A stretch of 64,000 nucleotides of DNA from Trypanosoma brucei (taxonomy: Eukaryota). The stretch covers positions 1,344,001-1,408,000 of the forward strand of contig CM000208.1 of NCBI GenBank assembly GCA_000002445.1, read 5' to 3'. Made by a program: the position numbers and the translations under genes. Position 1 is the stretch's first letter. The number at the start of each line of letters is the position of its first letter. This document shows, piece by piece, positions 10,449 through 21,766 of the stretch. The notes beneath the pieces were generated by a model. That model worked only from the letters and a program-made list of their open reading frames with translations, searched no databases and was not told the origin of the DNA.

Positions 10449-13400
10449 ATGATGCAAAATGGTTTCGTTCTAATCCTTTTCCATCTTTTATTGTCAGTGG
10501 TGCCGCCTGGCAGGGGAGTTGAATGGGAGGGAAGCTCTGATGACCAGAAACACGGTTCACATCATCAATTTTTTAACGTCAGTGAAAATGAACGACTTCT
10601 CTCCAAGTTGAGGTTGCCATTTCGTCTTTCGCTAACGTCTGTGAAGGAAACGACCGATCTTGCACGTGAGGTCGTTTTCCTTCAAAGGGTAGGAGGGATG
10701 TGCCCGCGTTTGGATATGTGGGAAAGGGTAGAGGTTTTGTTCGGAATTGGAACTCCTTTAGAGGAAAAGTATGGCGTGGAGCGACTGGAGTTGGTGCAAG
10801 CACTTCTTGAACCAGCCGTCATCCGTTTCCATGAAGATGATTTGGAGACGGTTAGCGATCCCCTGGGGTTTATTGGTCTGATGGTGCAGGGACAGGGTAC
10901 GGTCATTTGGGTCCACTTCTCCGAGTTGGTGGTATCTCATATGGTCGGGCAACCCCCGAGCCTCAATGTTAATGTGGTTGCTGTATTTCAGCGCGTTGAG
11001 CGATGGGCAAAGAAAACGAGGTTAAACAGACACCGGCTGCAAATGGAGGCGGAGTACGCCAGAGTGCGCAGTGAGCATTTGATAGCCATCGATCATGATC
11101 GACATAAGATGAAAGAGGAGGCGACAGAACGGCGGCGTCGAAAAGAATTCTTACGTGATCTAAGGGAGTTTAATAAACAAAACTCACAAGGTACCGTACA
11201 TCATAATAAAGGGTTGGAGAATGCCGGCTTAAGTGACGACGGAGCAGCGGTTCGAGAGCAGATCGGCACTCGGTGTGAGAATATACGGCATGCCATACGA
11301 ACGGTTAAAAGTCAGGGAGTTCCAACTACAGAAACTCGAATGCAGTACTTGCTAAAGAAGGAAGGAAGGGTTTGCGTCACGCCACTGGAAGAGGAGGATA
11401 GTAACCTGACCGACGCGGATGTGTGTGATATTCGATGTCTTGCCTATTGTGACGGCGTGAGTGCGTTGCACAATTGGTCGGAGCGTAGTGGTTCTTCCAA
11501 TTCCGTCTCTCAACTACATGCCTTGTACCATACCGTACTGTTTAATAGGACGAATTCAAGCATGAGCGTGTCAAATGATTACCTCAGTTACCTGCGGCAG
11601 CTTGTAATGGAAGATGTAGAGCGCGGAGTATTTTCCACTTGCAGCGACATCTGTAGCCCATCACCTAGTTTGCGCAAGGAAATGAACTTCTTCGCCGGGG
11701 TGCTGGCTCTTCTCGATAATGGTGGAATGAGGAATAAGACTGCGCAGAAGGTAAAGTTAGCTCGCGTTGATAGTGAGTGGTGGTTTAGAGCTCGAAGCGG
11801 TTACCTACGCATTTGGGCAGCTGCGCGCTCCGGTTCTGAGAGGGCCCTGAAAGCTCTCGCAACGATGAGGGAGAACGGTATGCTCACACCGCAACAAAGT
11901 CGAATGGCACTGATCTTCTTGCATGTATCTCTCGCCCAAGACAAAAGTTCCATATGGAACATAGCAGCTGAAACCTTGACGGCCCCGCGCGGCTCATCGT
12001 TTTCCATTCCTATGGGAAAACTGCTCAGGACGGAGCGTTTTTTTGGTATGGAGAACAGCTGGAGTGCTGTGAACGAGCCGTACATGACTCGGTCGTATGT
12101 CGGCGCTGTTGGTGTTGAAGCTGACGGCGGGAACGATGATGAGCGAGAGGGCGCATTATATTATGCACCATCACAAAGTGTGCAACGTGATATTTTTATT
12201 GCTAAATTGTATATTGCTGGAATTAAGGGCGTTCAACGAGACATGCAACGCGCTGAGTGTCTTTTACTCACTATCCTACGCAAACTGGAGTACACATGCG
12301 ATGTGGAGCACGCTGCCAGTGAAGATGAGGTTTATTTCTCCGGTGGTGGTCGTGGAGGTGGCTGCGAAGAGCATATGGATCAGCTGAGGGTACTGCGGTA
12401 CAAGTTACCAGCTTTGGGGCGGTGCAGGTTTTCCACGACCGGGAACAACACGGCTTCCGCCTCGAGAACTGAGGCGTTATTGCGATTTGGAGGGATGTCA
12501 TGGTCGGAAGAAAGTTTTCCACTACTTCACGATACTTTGTTGTTGCTTAGCTATATTCATTTGGTGGATGGCTTGAAGTTTAACTTGTCCGCAAAGTATG
12601 CTTTTCAGGCTATTCAGTTAGGTGCGGCAGCATTTCATACGGCGTTGCGGAGCATTCCCGAGGCGGTAGTAGCCGAATTTTATGCGTACAGAAACAACTC
12701 AGAGCGTCTTAAGGTTTTAATGAGAGGAAGAAAACCTCCAGCGTCATCCTTGCTTATGCACGCTATGCGGCGAGGTGAACCTCGGGATGACCTGGAAGAT
12801 TTTACACGGTCGGGGTTTTTAACATCTGAGGCGCTTTTGCTCCTAGCGGTAGCAGCTCCGCAACTGGGCGCTGAAGGCGAACAACTCATGAGAGTTGTTG
12901 CCGAGTCTTTCTACGGTAGCGCTTCCTGTGTCGAGCATCCTAGCCGATCATCGTGCGTCATACAACTCAGTTTCTTTTTGCTGCGTGAAGCCGCAAGGTT
13001 GTGGAAGGATGAGGAGCGTGAACCTAGCGTCTTCGACAGTAGCTACGGGTCTCCTCACCGCGCCGATCCCTTTTTGTTGATGGCTTTGTTGCTGCAGAAG
13101 GGGAAAATAACTGTCGAGGATATACGACAGGGAAGCGTGTTTAATAAGGCGCTCTATGCCCCCAGCACTTCACATGTGTTACGGCCAACCGCAGCCGACA
13201 CACGGGATAGCTACGTCTCGAAGATACTAAAACTGGCGAGACAGACATCCCCGTATATCCTAAAACCGATAGCAAGGGAGAACAGCAAGAACGGGCGAAG
13301 GTTTATGGACAACTCCACAACCTTACGTGAATTCCAAGCCACACGCCTTGCCATACAACGAAGCCTTCACGAGCACGACATCCTGCCTTTGCTAGTTGTC

Positions 13401-14549
13401 AGCGACCTCCATGATTATTTGTATGAAAATGGGTGGACACGTATCCAGCGTTTTCTAGGCAACTTGTGGGACACCATTTGTGCACCCTTCACGAAATTGA
13501 AGGAAGAATACCTTGAGGAGCAGTTCGCCGAAGAGGTGATATCTGAAAAGCAGGGAGGCAATGCTTTGACTACCATTGCCGAGAAACTGGCCGAGTCCAT
13601 ATCTGCATCTAATTCCGTTCGGGAGGGGTCGATTGCATTGCAGTTACTCTCTGCAGCATTGCTATCTGGTGAACCTGATGGGTTTTCGATTCTTCTCACC
13701 GAGGAAATGGACCGTAAGAACCAGCATCTAAGTAGTTTCGCTGTCTTTTTGTCTGAACATCTTTGGTGTCGCGGTACGATCACCGGGGTCTGGGTGGAAG
13801 AACATAAGGCCGCGCAGTGGCACGACAAAAAACCAAAAACTAGAGGATATGGGGCTCTGTTTGACGTTAACACGCAAGCCCCTTTTGACTACACGCTTTC
13901 GGAGTCGCGTCTCGAGATGTTTGCATTACTTGCTTTAAAGCGTGCATTGAGCAGACAGGCATCCACTTCCCATGGTGATGTCATATCTTCGTCGGCAAAT
14001 CGGTCCCTCTCGCAGGAAGAAGTAGACAAGTCTGTCGGTGAGTTGGCGTTGTGCGGTGGCGTGTTGATCGGCACCTTTTTGGAGAAACAGCGACCTTTCC
14101 CACCACATAAACCCTATGAGGGGATGCATCTTCCTGTGGGGAATTCCCGTTGCTTGCGCCAACTGCTGAAACATATCGAGATAACTGGAGTTTCACCCTT
14201 TAAAGGTATTAGTGCAGCTGAGGTGGAAATATGGCTGTTGAATACACTAGTTAGTTTCACTGAACTGCAGTCTAAATATTACACAATCTCCCTGTTGGGG
14301 AGGTACCGCGGTCTCTCGTCAAAGAAGGAAGAATGGGAGGGGAGACGGCTCCGCAAGCGGCTTGTGGAACCGTGGCGGAGAGTCAATGGCGAGGAATGGA
14401 CTGAAATGTGGGTTCCCGACGTTGGCGAAGGGGCGGTGTACAACAGACGGTTGCACGACATTTCCGGGACGTACCTTGGCGCCCGTGTGAAGTGGTTCTT
14501 CAAGAATGTTATTTTCTATGGAAGCCACTTGCTTCGCTGGTTTTGGTAA
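10449..14549 (+). CDS. Large hypothetical protein (1366 aa), kinetoplastid-type, no domain recognised by eye
   Basis: Uninterrupted 4.1-kb ORF on the coding strand of the polycistron, with an ATG at 10449. Its complexity is not low. A poly-Y tract lies upstream (10300..10440). Confidence 0.6.
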   Translation: MMQNGFVLILFHLLLSVVPPGRGVEWEGSSDDQKHGSHHQFFNVSENERLLSKLRLPFRLSLTSVKETTDLAREVVFLQRVGGMCPRLDMWERVEVLFGIGTPLEEKYGVERLELVQALLEPAVIRFHEDDLETVSDPLGFIGLMVQGQGTVIWVHFSELVVSHMVGQPPSLNVNVVAVFQRVERWAKKTRLNRHRLQMEAEYARVRSEHLIAIDHDRHKMKEEATERRRRKEFLRDLREFNKQNSQGTVHHNKGLENAGLSDDGAAVREQIGTRCENIRHAIRTVKSQGVPTTETRMQYLLKKEGRVCVTPLEEEDSNLTDADVCDIRCLAYCDGVSALHNWSERSGSSNSVSQLHALYHTVLFNRTNSSMSVSNDYLSYLRQLVMEDVERGVFSTCSDICSPSPSLRKEMNFFAGVLALLDNGGMRNKTAQKVKLARVDSEWWFRARSGYLRIWAAARSGSERALKALATMRENGMLTPQQSRMALIFLHVSLAQDKSSIWNIAAETLTAPRGSSFSIPMGKLLRTERFFGMENSWSAVNEPYMTRSYVGAVGVEADGGNDDEREGALYYAPSQSVQRDIFIAKLYIAGIKGVQRDMQRAECLLLTILRKLEYTCDVEHAASEDEVYFSGGGRGGGCEEHMDQLRVLRYKLPALGRCRFSTTGNNTASASRTEALLRFGGMSWSEESFPLLHDTLLLLSYIHLVDGLKFNLSAKYAFQAIQLGAAAFHTALRSIPEAVVAEFYAYRNNSERLKVLMRGRKPPASSLLMHAMRRGEPRDDLEDFTRSGFLTSEALLLLAVAAPQLGAEGEQLMRVVAESFYGSASCVEHPSRSSCVIQLSFFLLREAARLWKDEEREPSVFDSSYGSPHRADPFLLMALLLQKGKITVEDIRQGSVFNKALYAPSTSHVLRPTAADTRDSYVSKILKLARQTSPYILKPIARENSKNGRRFMDNSTTLREFQATRLAIQRSLHEHDILPLLVVSDLHDYLYENGWTRIQRFLGNLWDTICAPFTKLKEEYLEEQFAEEVISEKQGGNALTTIAEKLAESISASNSVREGSIALQLLSAALLSGEPDGFSILLTEEMDRKNQHLSSFAVFLSEHLWCRGTITGVWVEEHKAAQWHDKKPKTRGYGALFDVNTQAPFDYTLSESRLEMFALLALKRALSRQASTSHGDVISSSANRSLSQEEVDKSVGELALCGGVLIGTFLEKQRPFPPHKPYEGMHLPVGNSRCLRQLLKHIEITGVSPFKGISAAEVEIWLLNTLVSFTELQSKYYTISLLGRYRGLSSKKEEWEGRRLRKRLVEPWRRVNGEEWTEMWVPDVGEGAVYNRRLHDISGTYLGARVKWFFKNVIFYGSHLLRWFW

Positions 14550-15093
14550 GTTTCTAACATTTCTTTTTTCCAAACTTGCTTTATTAAAGATGCTGGGCCT
14601 GGGGATGTGCCGTGTGTTATTTCACGTGATGTCTCAGGGGGTGAGAGCATGGTGCTCTGCAGCAGCTCTTGTCTCCCTCTTTTTTACCCTACCCTCCGTC
14701 TCTTGTTCTGCCTATTTTTTCATTTGGATATATTAGTTTAAGCTACCAGTATTATTCTCCTAATACTTCAATATTATTTACAACAAAACCCCCTTTTGAC
14801 TGCTCGATTGGAGGTGAAGGCCTACCCCTCGAAGGTTTAGGGGGTTTCTAAAGGTTAACTCAAATCGATGTCTTAGTGGACTCGTACACCCTTGGTAGGG
14901 TTTCCACGCACATTCAAAGGTGGTTGCCTACAAACTATTTTATGTTTTATTTGTTTTTTTTTCACTACCGCCGATGTGTGGGAAAGTATCGTTCAGTATT
15001 TTCGTCCTTCTTACTTACCGTCCTTCTCGTATCTCCCCCCTCTCCTTTCCTTTTAACCCTCGCTTGATTAATGTTTGTAAGAAACATAGGAGG

Positions 15094-16818
15094 ATGACAC
15101 CCGGAGCAATGTACTTATCGTCCGTAACGCTAACTCTCTGCATAGTGCTGTTGGCAACAGGGGCACGGCAATCAGCTGCCGCTGCAGCGGCGGTCGGGGA
15201 GACTGTAATATTAGATCAAGGATCCAGCGAGTCCATACGTATTGTGGAAAGTGGTGGTTCAACCACGGACGCTTCTTTTGACTTTGTTGGATTGTGGCCG
15301 CATGGTGAACACCGTGAAAGTGATGCCATGTTCTTTGACGAAGAGGACGCCAAGTATGAGAAATGGATGGTTAAGGAGAGAGAAAAGAAACGGAAGCAGG
15401 AAAAGGAGAAACGAGAGGAAAAGCAGAAGGCAATGAACAAGTCGAAGGATAAGCCCCGAAAGCCACCAAAAGGAGCTTCCACCTTTCAACTCACTCAAGC
15501 TGCTGTGCGAGCCCGGACAACCGAGCGTCGCAGTCGACTGAGAGCACTGAGGAAACCTAACTCTTTATTATTTGATGCTGCATGGAGCGCTGTTCTCGAG
15601 GATTCAGACAATTTACGAAAGTTGCTCTCCGCGGATTCTATTATGCGCTCTCGGGAAGGGGAGGGGAACAACCCTGAATCGCAGTATGTCCAACTCCTCT
15701 CTACGGCATTCAGCCACACGGTGAGAAACTTAACGACCGAGTCGCGCAGTGATTGGATTTCTCCGCTGATATACGCTTTGCCGTTTCCAGTACTTCTGGA
15801 CAACGGGGCATTGGTGTCTGCGGAGCAGGAGGTGCGGGCCCTAATGACGGACTTGCAAGTAATGAAAGCGACACCGGTTCCTCAGCCGTCATCCAATGGC
15901 AGTGAAAAGAAGGTGCCAAGCAGCACAGATGTGGAAGCCACAACGCAGTTGGTTGAAGACAACCTCCGAATTGCTTCCACCACTATATCCGCAAGCAAAA
16001 GCGCTCACCGCGTCGTGGCGCAGCTTGCTCTGCCTATCATGGGGCATGCGAAGAGCAGTGTCTCCGACCAACTCCGTGAAGTTGAGAAGCAAATAAGGGC
16101 AAACGATGAGTCTACAGTCGCTAAGCGCCGGGAGCTGAAGGACTTAGCGAAACTGAAGAAGGTGGTGAAGGCCACCAAGGACCGCATTCACGCCGCTGAC
16201 GGTGAGTTGCGAAACGCCTACTTCTCTACCACGCCGATGCTGTCGAAGAGTTCCTTTCTAATTTCCCTGGCTCTAATTTGCCGGTTACGTCTTTCAAGAA
16301 ACACGTACGTCGATGCTGTCGATATGCTTCCGGGCATAGACGCTTTTGCTGATTTTACTGGGTCGATGAGGGCCGAGCTGTATTCTTTTCTCTTTTATCC
16401 ACTAGGAGTGGGCGTTGCCGTATCAGCGGCTACAACGTGGTGCTTGTTGTCAACACGTCAGCTGATAACGAAGAAACTCAAACGGCAAGCCGGGCGTCTG
16501 CTACAACAAACTTCAACCAGTGGAGGTAGACCCGGTAAAGTTTCAGGTATAACGATGTTTGCACTGCGAGCGAATCTGCTGTTGGAGGCACTGTCCCCTC
16601 TGTTTGTACCACTAGTTACCTTCTATATCATCAACAGAACGTTAACTAAAGATTTGTTGTATCCGATTGTAATCACTGTGAAGCCGGCCCAGAGGCTAGT
16701 TTTGGGTTTCGTGGTGATAAGTGTTCTTGTGGCGAGTGTAATCGTGTCACGTGTGCTCACGGCCGTAGACAGGTGGTCCTTGAACCGACACAATGCCAAT
16801 AAGAGAAAAGTGCAGTAG
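15094..16818 (+). CDS. Hypothetical membrane protein with a predicted signal peptide, a charged coiled-coil middle region and 3-4 C-terminal TM helices
   Basis: The ORF track begins at GTG 14920. The first ATG that gives a plausible signal peptide (MTPGAMYLSSVTLTLCIVLLATGARQSAAAAAAVG) is at 15094. There is a K/E-rich segment (KEREKKRKQEKEKREEKQK). Hydrophobic helices lie near the C-terminus (LYSFLFYPLGVGVAVSAATTWCLL; LLLEALSPLFVPLVTFYIIN; LVLGFVVISVLVASVIVSRVL). Confidence 0.5.
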   Translation: MTPGAMYLSSVTLTLCIVLLATGARQSAAAAAAVGETVILDQGSSESIRIVESGGSTTDASFDFVGLWPHGEHRESDAMFFDEEDAKYEKWMVKEREKKRKQEKEKREEKQKAMNKSKDKPRKPPKGASTFQLTQAAVRARTTERRSRLRALRKPNSLLFDAAWSAVLEDSDNLRKLLSADSIMRSREGEGNNPESQYVQLLSTAFSHTVRNLTTESRSDWISPLIYALPFPVLLDNGALVSAEQEVRALMTDLQVMKATPVPQPSSNGSEKKVPSSTDVEATTQLVEDNLRIASTTISASKSAHRVVAQLALPIMGHAKSSVSDQLREVEKQIRANDESTVAKRRELKDLAKLKKVVKATKDRIHAADGELRNAYFSTTPMLSKSSFLISLALICRLRLSRNTYVDAVDMLPGIDAFADFTGSMRAELYSFLFYPLGVGVAVSAATTWCLLSTRQLITKKLKRQAGRLLQQTSTSGGRPGKVSGITMFALRANLLLEALSPLFVPLVTFYIINRTLTKDLLYPIVITVKPAQRLVLGFVVISVLVASVIVSRVLTAVDRWSLNRHNANKRKVQ

Positions 16819-17680
16819 ATTTACACGGGGTGATTTAAAGGGGGATTTACTTGTGATGTGTACTTTGCGTGACTGAGAAGCGACTTGAATTCCTGTCACT
16901 GTATTCATTAAGTATTAATTTTTCTTTTTGATCTATTGGCGTTTGCACTGCCGCCCCTGTCGTCTCCGTCCAATTGACATTTCCCCAAAGGGCGTGTGAA
17001 ACGCGGGTCGGAAGCGGAGGGTTCCCCTAATATCGCTTTACTTTTTTTTTGTTTAATGGATCTATGTGTGCTAGGGGAGAGACATCCAATAAGCAGAGTG
17101 GGGAAAGGGGGGGTTAACCCTCTCCTTGGGGAGGTATAATGGAGTTGTTTATCACGTTCTCTTTGTACGTGGCTTGGGATTCTTATGGTGCGACGGTTTA
17201 CATTCGACAACTTACCATTGCTATTTTCACGTCCCCCTTCCTTTCTTTTTCTCGTTTCCCGCAAGAATTGTAAAAATTTCCTCACGCATGAGATTGCCAA
17301 ATGTAAGTTATTGCGAATGTGCTCCCCACAACGGGCCCCTTCGGGGTGCACAAGCAGAATGTTTTGCACTATCAAATAGCTTTGCGGTAGAGAACCTAAG
17401 CAACCTCTTCAGGAAAGGGTTTCATTTGGTGATAATTTGGCTTGGATGTCCCCGCGTCTCTCAATTTTTTTTTGTTGTTCTATCTTACTGTTTTTCCTTT
17501 TCTTTTCTTTCTTTGTTTCGTTTTACCGACACTAAAGGCGTCACTCTCCCTGCTTATTAGGAGAAATAGGGAGAGGGCGGAGGAGAATACTTCTTCGTTT
17601 TCGCTGGCGTGAGGCTAACCGACTTGTTTTGTCCCCTCGTTTGGCCGAAGGATAGGTTACCTGTAGTTTGGTGCGACTTT

Positions 17681-20600
17681 ATGCGTGTGACATGTGTAGT
17701 TGCTTGCGGCTTACGCTCTAGTAGTTCCGACCTGAAGCGGCGGCGAATACGTCAGTTGGAGCGGCAATATGGTCCCGCGTGGCGCTACACTGCAGGGTGG
17801 ACATCGCAACTGTCGCCAGTGGGTATGTTTGACGCATTGGAAGTTCCGGTTTTTCCACCAAACGTGGTGCAAACGCGTGAATTAGATCACGTGGGATGCG
17901 CTAGTGCACCGCGCACTACCGTGGTGTCAAGGGGCCTCGTACAAAACGGAAACCCTAGAGTAAAAGATTCACAACCAACTTCAGTTTTAGACGAAAATAA
18001 CGCTTACTTCAATCCACAACATGATGCAGGTACAAGTTCGAGCGATGACCCCTTGTTCGAGTTTTTAAGGCATGATGATGAACACAGTGCCCTTCTGCTA
18101 GCCATGTGGACTTCCCTTTATCGGTGCTGCGTTCACGCATCCGAGTTGTCCGAGTTTCTTGCATTTCGTGTGCGGTGGTTTCTGCATCATCTCATTCATA
18201 TGCGTGCAACAGCAGCCGCGGTCCGATTTTATCATCGTTTACTGTTGTTGGGCGTACATCTTCAAAAGAAGGATGTGTCGTTGTTGCTTAGCAGTTTACC
18301 CTATGAGCATTACGTAGTGAATGTGGACTTTAAAGGTGAAAGCAAGAAGAAATGTAGCCGTTTTCGTACGATGCGACAGGCTGATACCACTCATGTAGAC
18401 AAAAAGAGTGCTACAAATGGTGATAAGGGAGGTACTGTTGTTTTTAGCGGTGATGGAGGAACTGTTGGTGAGGAGGAGCGTCTTCTGTTCGCTTCAACGA
18501 TAACGTCCACCGGAGCGGACACTTCTTGCGATACTAGTGCTAGAGTGTGCCCGGCAGGAGACACATGCGGGGTGGAGTCGGTTGATTTTGAGTTGACACC
18601 AGCGGGTAGCCGATACTTGCGAGACCAACCAGAATGGGTTAAGCGCTGGGTTCTTTATGAGGCATCCATGGGTAATATTGATCTCTACGATGAGGAGAAC
18701 GCCACCACCCTGCGCGCCGACAAATATGTTGATTCATCTTCCGTGGGATTAGATTGTGGTGATGAATGCACACCATCTGAGGTGAAATGGGCCGAAGGGT
18801 GTATCGATGTGGTTACCCTTCTTAATCATTTGATGCTTCTGCATGATGGAAATCATTTAATCCACAGAGAAACTAGAAAACGTCGAGTGAATGGTAAGGG
18901 AAGATCTGGCATAACTCTAAGAGGAGAAATGCAGCGACACTATTGGGCAGAGGCCCTCCAGATTGCAGGTGCATTCCTCAGTGCGCGCAGCTCAAGGGGA
19001 CGGGAGAGAAAAGCGGAAGAGGGACAATATGAAGTGGGTTGCAGCGTACCGCCTGAGTTCCGCAGTGAGTTGTGTCGTGCGTTAGTTGCCGCTGGCAGTT
19101 GGAAGGTGGCACTCCGATGGCTCAAAGTTGCTGAGCAGTACAGAGTGGGTTTCACGCATAGTGAGTACGCGAGGATTTTCCTTTGTCTTGCTGAGTCAGA
19201 GCCTTGGGAAACATCTCGTGCTGCGGAACGTTTTGTTGCTCGTAATATGATTCCTCTCTTGCCAGAAGAAACCGTATGTGGTTACGCGTCCCGCGCCATG
19301 TGGTTGGCACATGTTTGTTCCCAAAGGGATAATAGGGTGGAAGAATGTTTGGAATTGATGGAATCTACCTCCGGAAATCTCCCTGCGTGCGTAAAACAAA
19401 GTATAGTGTACATCAAGCTCGCTGCGTCATTACTTCGCGTTGATGCTGACAGGTTTTTTGCCGCTGCTGCGCTCCAACAGTTTGAAGCGGCTTCAATTCG
19501 CTTAGGTGTGTTTCATCCCGCGGCCGATCTATCGCAGCGGCATTCCCCTCCCATACAGTTGGTGACTAGGGATATGGCGAGCGCCGGGAGCGGCGCTCTT
19601 CTTACTGTTCAACTGCAGGATTCCTTTGTCTTAGTGTCCATAGCCCTTCCACGCGTTGTAGAACTTGTATCGGTCGCCGCTGCTTCGCAGGAGGATGAAG
19701 TGCAGCTGGCCACCCTTCTGGCTGACGTGCTGTACGGTCCCAATGGTTTGTGGAAGTTTTTTTCTGATGTATGCCTTGTGGGAGAAAGCAAGCAGTTAAC
19801 AAGTCACCGGACTTCAGAAGTCGTGCGAATTTCTTTGTACATGTCACTGTGTCTACTAAAAATTGGTGTTGCGCTTTGCCGGGTGGTTGGGCACGAGAGG
19901 CAAGGCGTTCAAGGAAATCCTCATTTGAGGGAAAAACATTTGACGCTTATATTGGGATTGCTTGAGGAGAGTCTTGGCGCCATTCCGGCGCGAAACGCTG
20001 TGGAGATCAAAGATCGACGGATCATGTTATCACTGGTAGCCACATCGGCCAAGCTAACTAAACATGTTTTTCGACAAATCGGTGTTTATCCCTGCAATGA
20101 GAAAGTTATTTTCGGCTCATTCAGCGAGGAAACTTCTGAAACTGTTGCTTTGATGCTCCGTATTCACGTGCTACTGTGGCGGCGCGTTAGTTCACTCCGT
20201 AGGCATCTTCAGCTTGCCGCAGGGTCGGCGTTGCGTGCTGTGTTCCGACCAACTAGTGAGTTGGGTAAGCACGTACGTGGGCATATACCCCGGCATCAAC
20301 AGCAGGAACTAGACTCGATGCTTGCTTATGGGCGACTACGGAAGTACGGAGAGCGTAGGGCGGGTGCAGCGATCGCGACAAAATCAAAATCGGAGGCGCG
20401 TGTGCATTCACCCGAGGATGTTGCGCGAATCAAGGCGGTCGCGAAAACGCACAGAGTTGTTTATGCATTGTCTCTTCAGCACGTAAACAACGGTGCGGCG
20501 CTCGAGCGTGACTTAATAACTTATCTCAGTAGGGCAAGTTGGGACGGTGCTCTTACGATGCTGCACGTTTCTCTTCACCACTTACGCCTTCCGCATGGTA

Positions 20601-21766
20601 CATTTGGTCTCCCCTTCTTTGCGGGTGTGTTGGCTCGTTTGTGTAAAGCACCCCACAGAACGAAGTCGCTCTGGTTTCAAGCAATTGGGGTGTACTGGGA
20701 CGCCGTGGAGCACGTCCCTCGCCCACACGTATCCGCCAATACAAGTCATGTTGTGGATAGTAAGAGCCAACTCCGCTTACACGAGAGGAATGTTCTAACA
20801 CAACTGCTACTGCCATTACTGCGCTTTAGCGTGTCGACAAGGCAAAAGGAAATGGGATGGTCGTGGATGAGGCGTTGGGACTTGATGCACAAATCAGATG
20901 AACGTGATGTGGAGTATGAAGCACTGAGCGTGTGGGCACGATCGGTGCTTGAGGACCGCTCGGCACTCAAGAGGTGTCAACGGCTGATGGAAAAATATCA
21001 ATATCAACACATGAGGCAAAAAAACCTACCGATGATACCACCGCTGGAAAATATTCTGTGCGACGTTGCAGTCAATCATGCTGATTGGTGTGCTGCTCTC
21101 CACGCACTGGAGACGGTGTTTTGGACACCACAGCGTGGAGGTGACTTCATCACGACACCACTCCCGCCGCGAGCGGCAACTGCGGTGCTTCGTATACTTT
21201 GCAAGGCACCCACGAACTTGTGCAATACGGCTCGCCGTCTCCGAGAGATTCAGGGAAGCTGCTGGGATTTACGTAGCGCCAACAGTCTGCTTCTATTGTT
21301 GGTAAGGCAGAGGCGTTGGCAGCTTGCATTGCAACACGTTGCTGAAATGCTTCCAGTTGTGCAGAACGGCCGCCAAAAGTCTGATGTGGTGGGTGGGAAT
21401 AGCGTCTTCGATATGTGCTTGGAGGGTGATGGCAAGACAGAGCAGGCTTTATTCCTAGTTCATGGGTTGCGGGCGTGCGCAAATGGAGGTCGTGCGGAGG
21501 AGGCAGCGACGTTGTATGACCTTGTTAAACAATTGGCTGGCTTGGAAGCGGTGGTTCGTGCTGCGGACATAAACGTTGAGAGTAGTGTAACCTATGCTCT
21601 AAAGCGGCCGGAAGACATGTTGTTTTTCATGTGCAACCAAACTGATCAACCACAAGATACACTGGCATGTGACGAAGATGAGCGAATGCGCATGCTAGTT
21701 GGACAAGCGCGTGTTTACTTTCTCCGAGCGATGACTAAGAAAACTCTGCGTTGCAACAGGCGATAA
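17681..21766 (+). CDS. Large hypothetical protein (about 1361 aa) with an arginine-rich N-terminus (possible mitochondrial presequence)
   Basis: The ORF track starts at GTG 17609, and the first in-frame ATG is 17681 (MRVTCVVACGLRSSSSDLKRRRIRQ). It is a long unbroken ORF on the coding strand. Confidence 0.55.
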   Translation: MRVTCVVACGLRSSSSDLKRRRIRQLERQYGPAWRYTAGWTSQLSPVGMFDALEVPVFPPNVVQTRELDHVGCASAPRTTVVSRGLVQNGNPRVKDSQPTSVLDENNAYFNPQHDAGTSSSDDPLFEFLRHDDEHSALLLAMWTSLYRCCVHASELSEFLAFRVRWFLHHLIHMRATAAAVRFYHRLLLLGVHLQKKDVSLLLSSLPYEHYVVNVDFKGESKKKCSRFRTMRQADTTHVDKKSATNGDKGGTVVFSGDGGTVGEEERLLFASTITSTGADTSCDTSARVCPAGDTCGVESVDFELTPAGSRYLRDQPEWVKRWVLYEASMGNIDLYDEENATTLRADKYVDSSSVGLDCGDECTPSEVKWAEGCIDVVTLLNHLMLLHDGNHLIHRETRKRRVNGKGRSGITLRGEMQRHYWAEALQIAGAFLSARSSRGRERKAEEGQYEVGCSVPPEFRSELCRALVAAGSWKVALRWLKVAEQYRVGFTHSEYARIFLCLAESEPWETSRAAERFVARNMIPLLPEETVCGYASRAMWLAHVCSQRDNRVEECLELMESTSGNLPACVKQSIVYIKLAASLLRVDADRFFAAAALQQFEAASIRLGVFHPAADLSQRHSPPIQLVTRDMASAGSGALLTVQLQDSFVLVSIALPRVVELVSVAAASQEDEVQLATLLADVLYGPNGLWKFFSDVCLVGESKQLTSHRTSEVVRISLYMSLCLLKIGVALCRVVGHERQGVQGNPHLREKHLTLILGLLEESLGAIPARNAVEIKDRRIMLSLVATSAKLTKHVFRQIGVYPCNEKVIFGSFSEETSETVALMLRIHVLLWRRVSSLRRHLQLAAGSALRAVFRPTSELGKHVRGHIPRHQQQELDSMLAYGRLRKYGERRAGAAIATKSKSEARVHSPEDVARIKAVAKTHRVVYALSLQHVNNGAALERDLITYLSRASWDGALTMLHVSLHHLRLPHGTFGLPFFAGVLARLCKAPHRTKSLWFQAIGVYWDAVEHVPRPHVSANTSHVVDSKSQLRLHERNVLTQLLLPLLRFSVSTRQKEMGWSWMRRWDLMHKSDERDVEYEALSVWARSVLEDRSALKRCQRLMEKYQYQHMRQKNLPMIPPLENILCDVAVNHADWCAALHALETVFWTPQRGGDFITTPLPPRAATAVLRILCKAPTNLCNTARRLREIQGSCWDLRSANSLLLLLVRQRRWQLALQHVAEMLPVVQNGRQKSDVVGGNSVFDMCLEGDGKTEQALFLVHGLRACANGGRAEEAATLYDLVKQLAGLEAVVRAADINVESSVTYALKRPEDMLFFMCNQTDQPQDTLACDEDERMRMLVGQARVYFLRAMTKKTLRCNRR

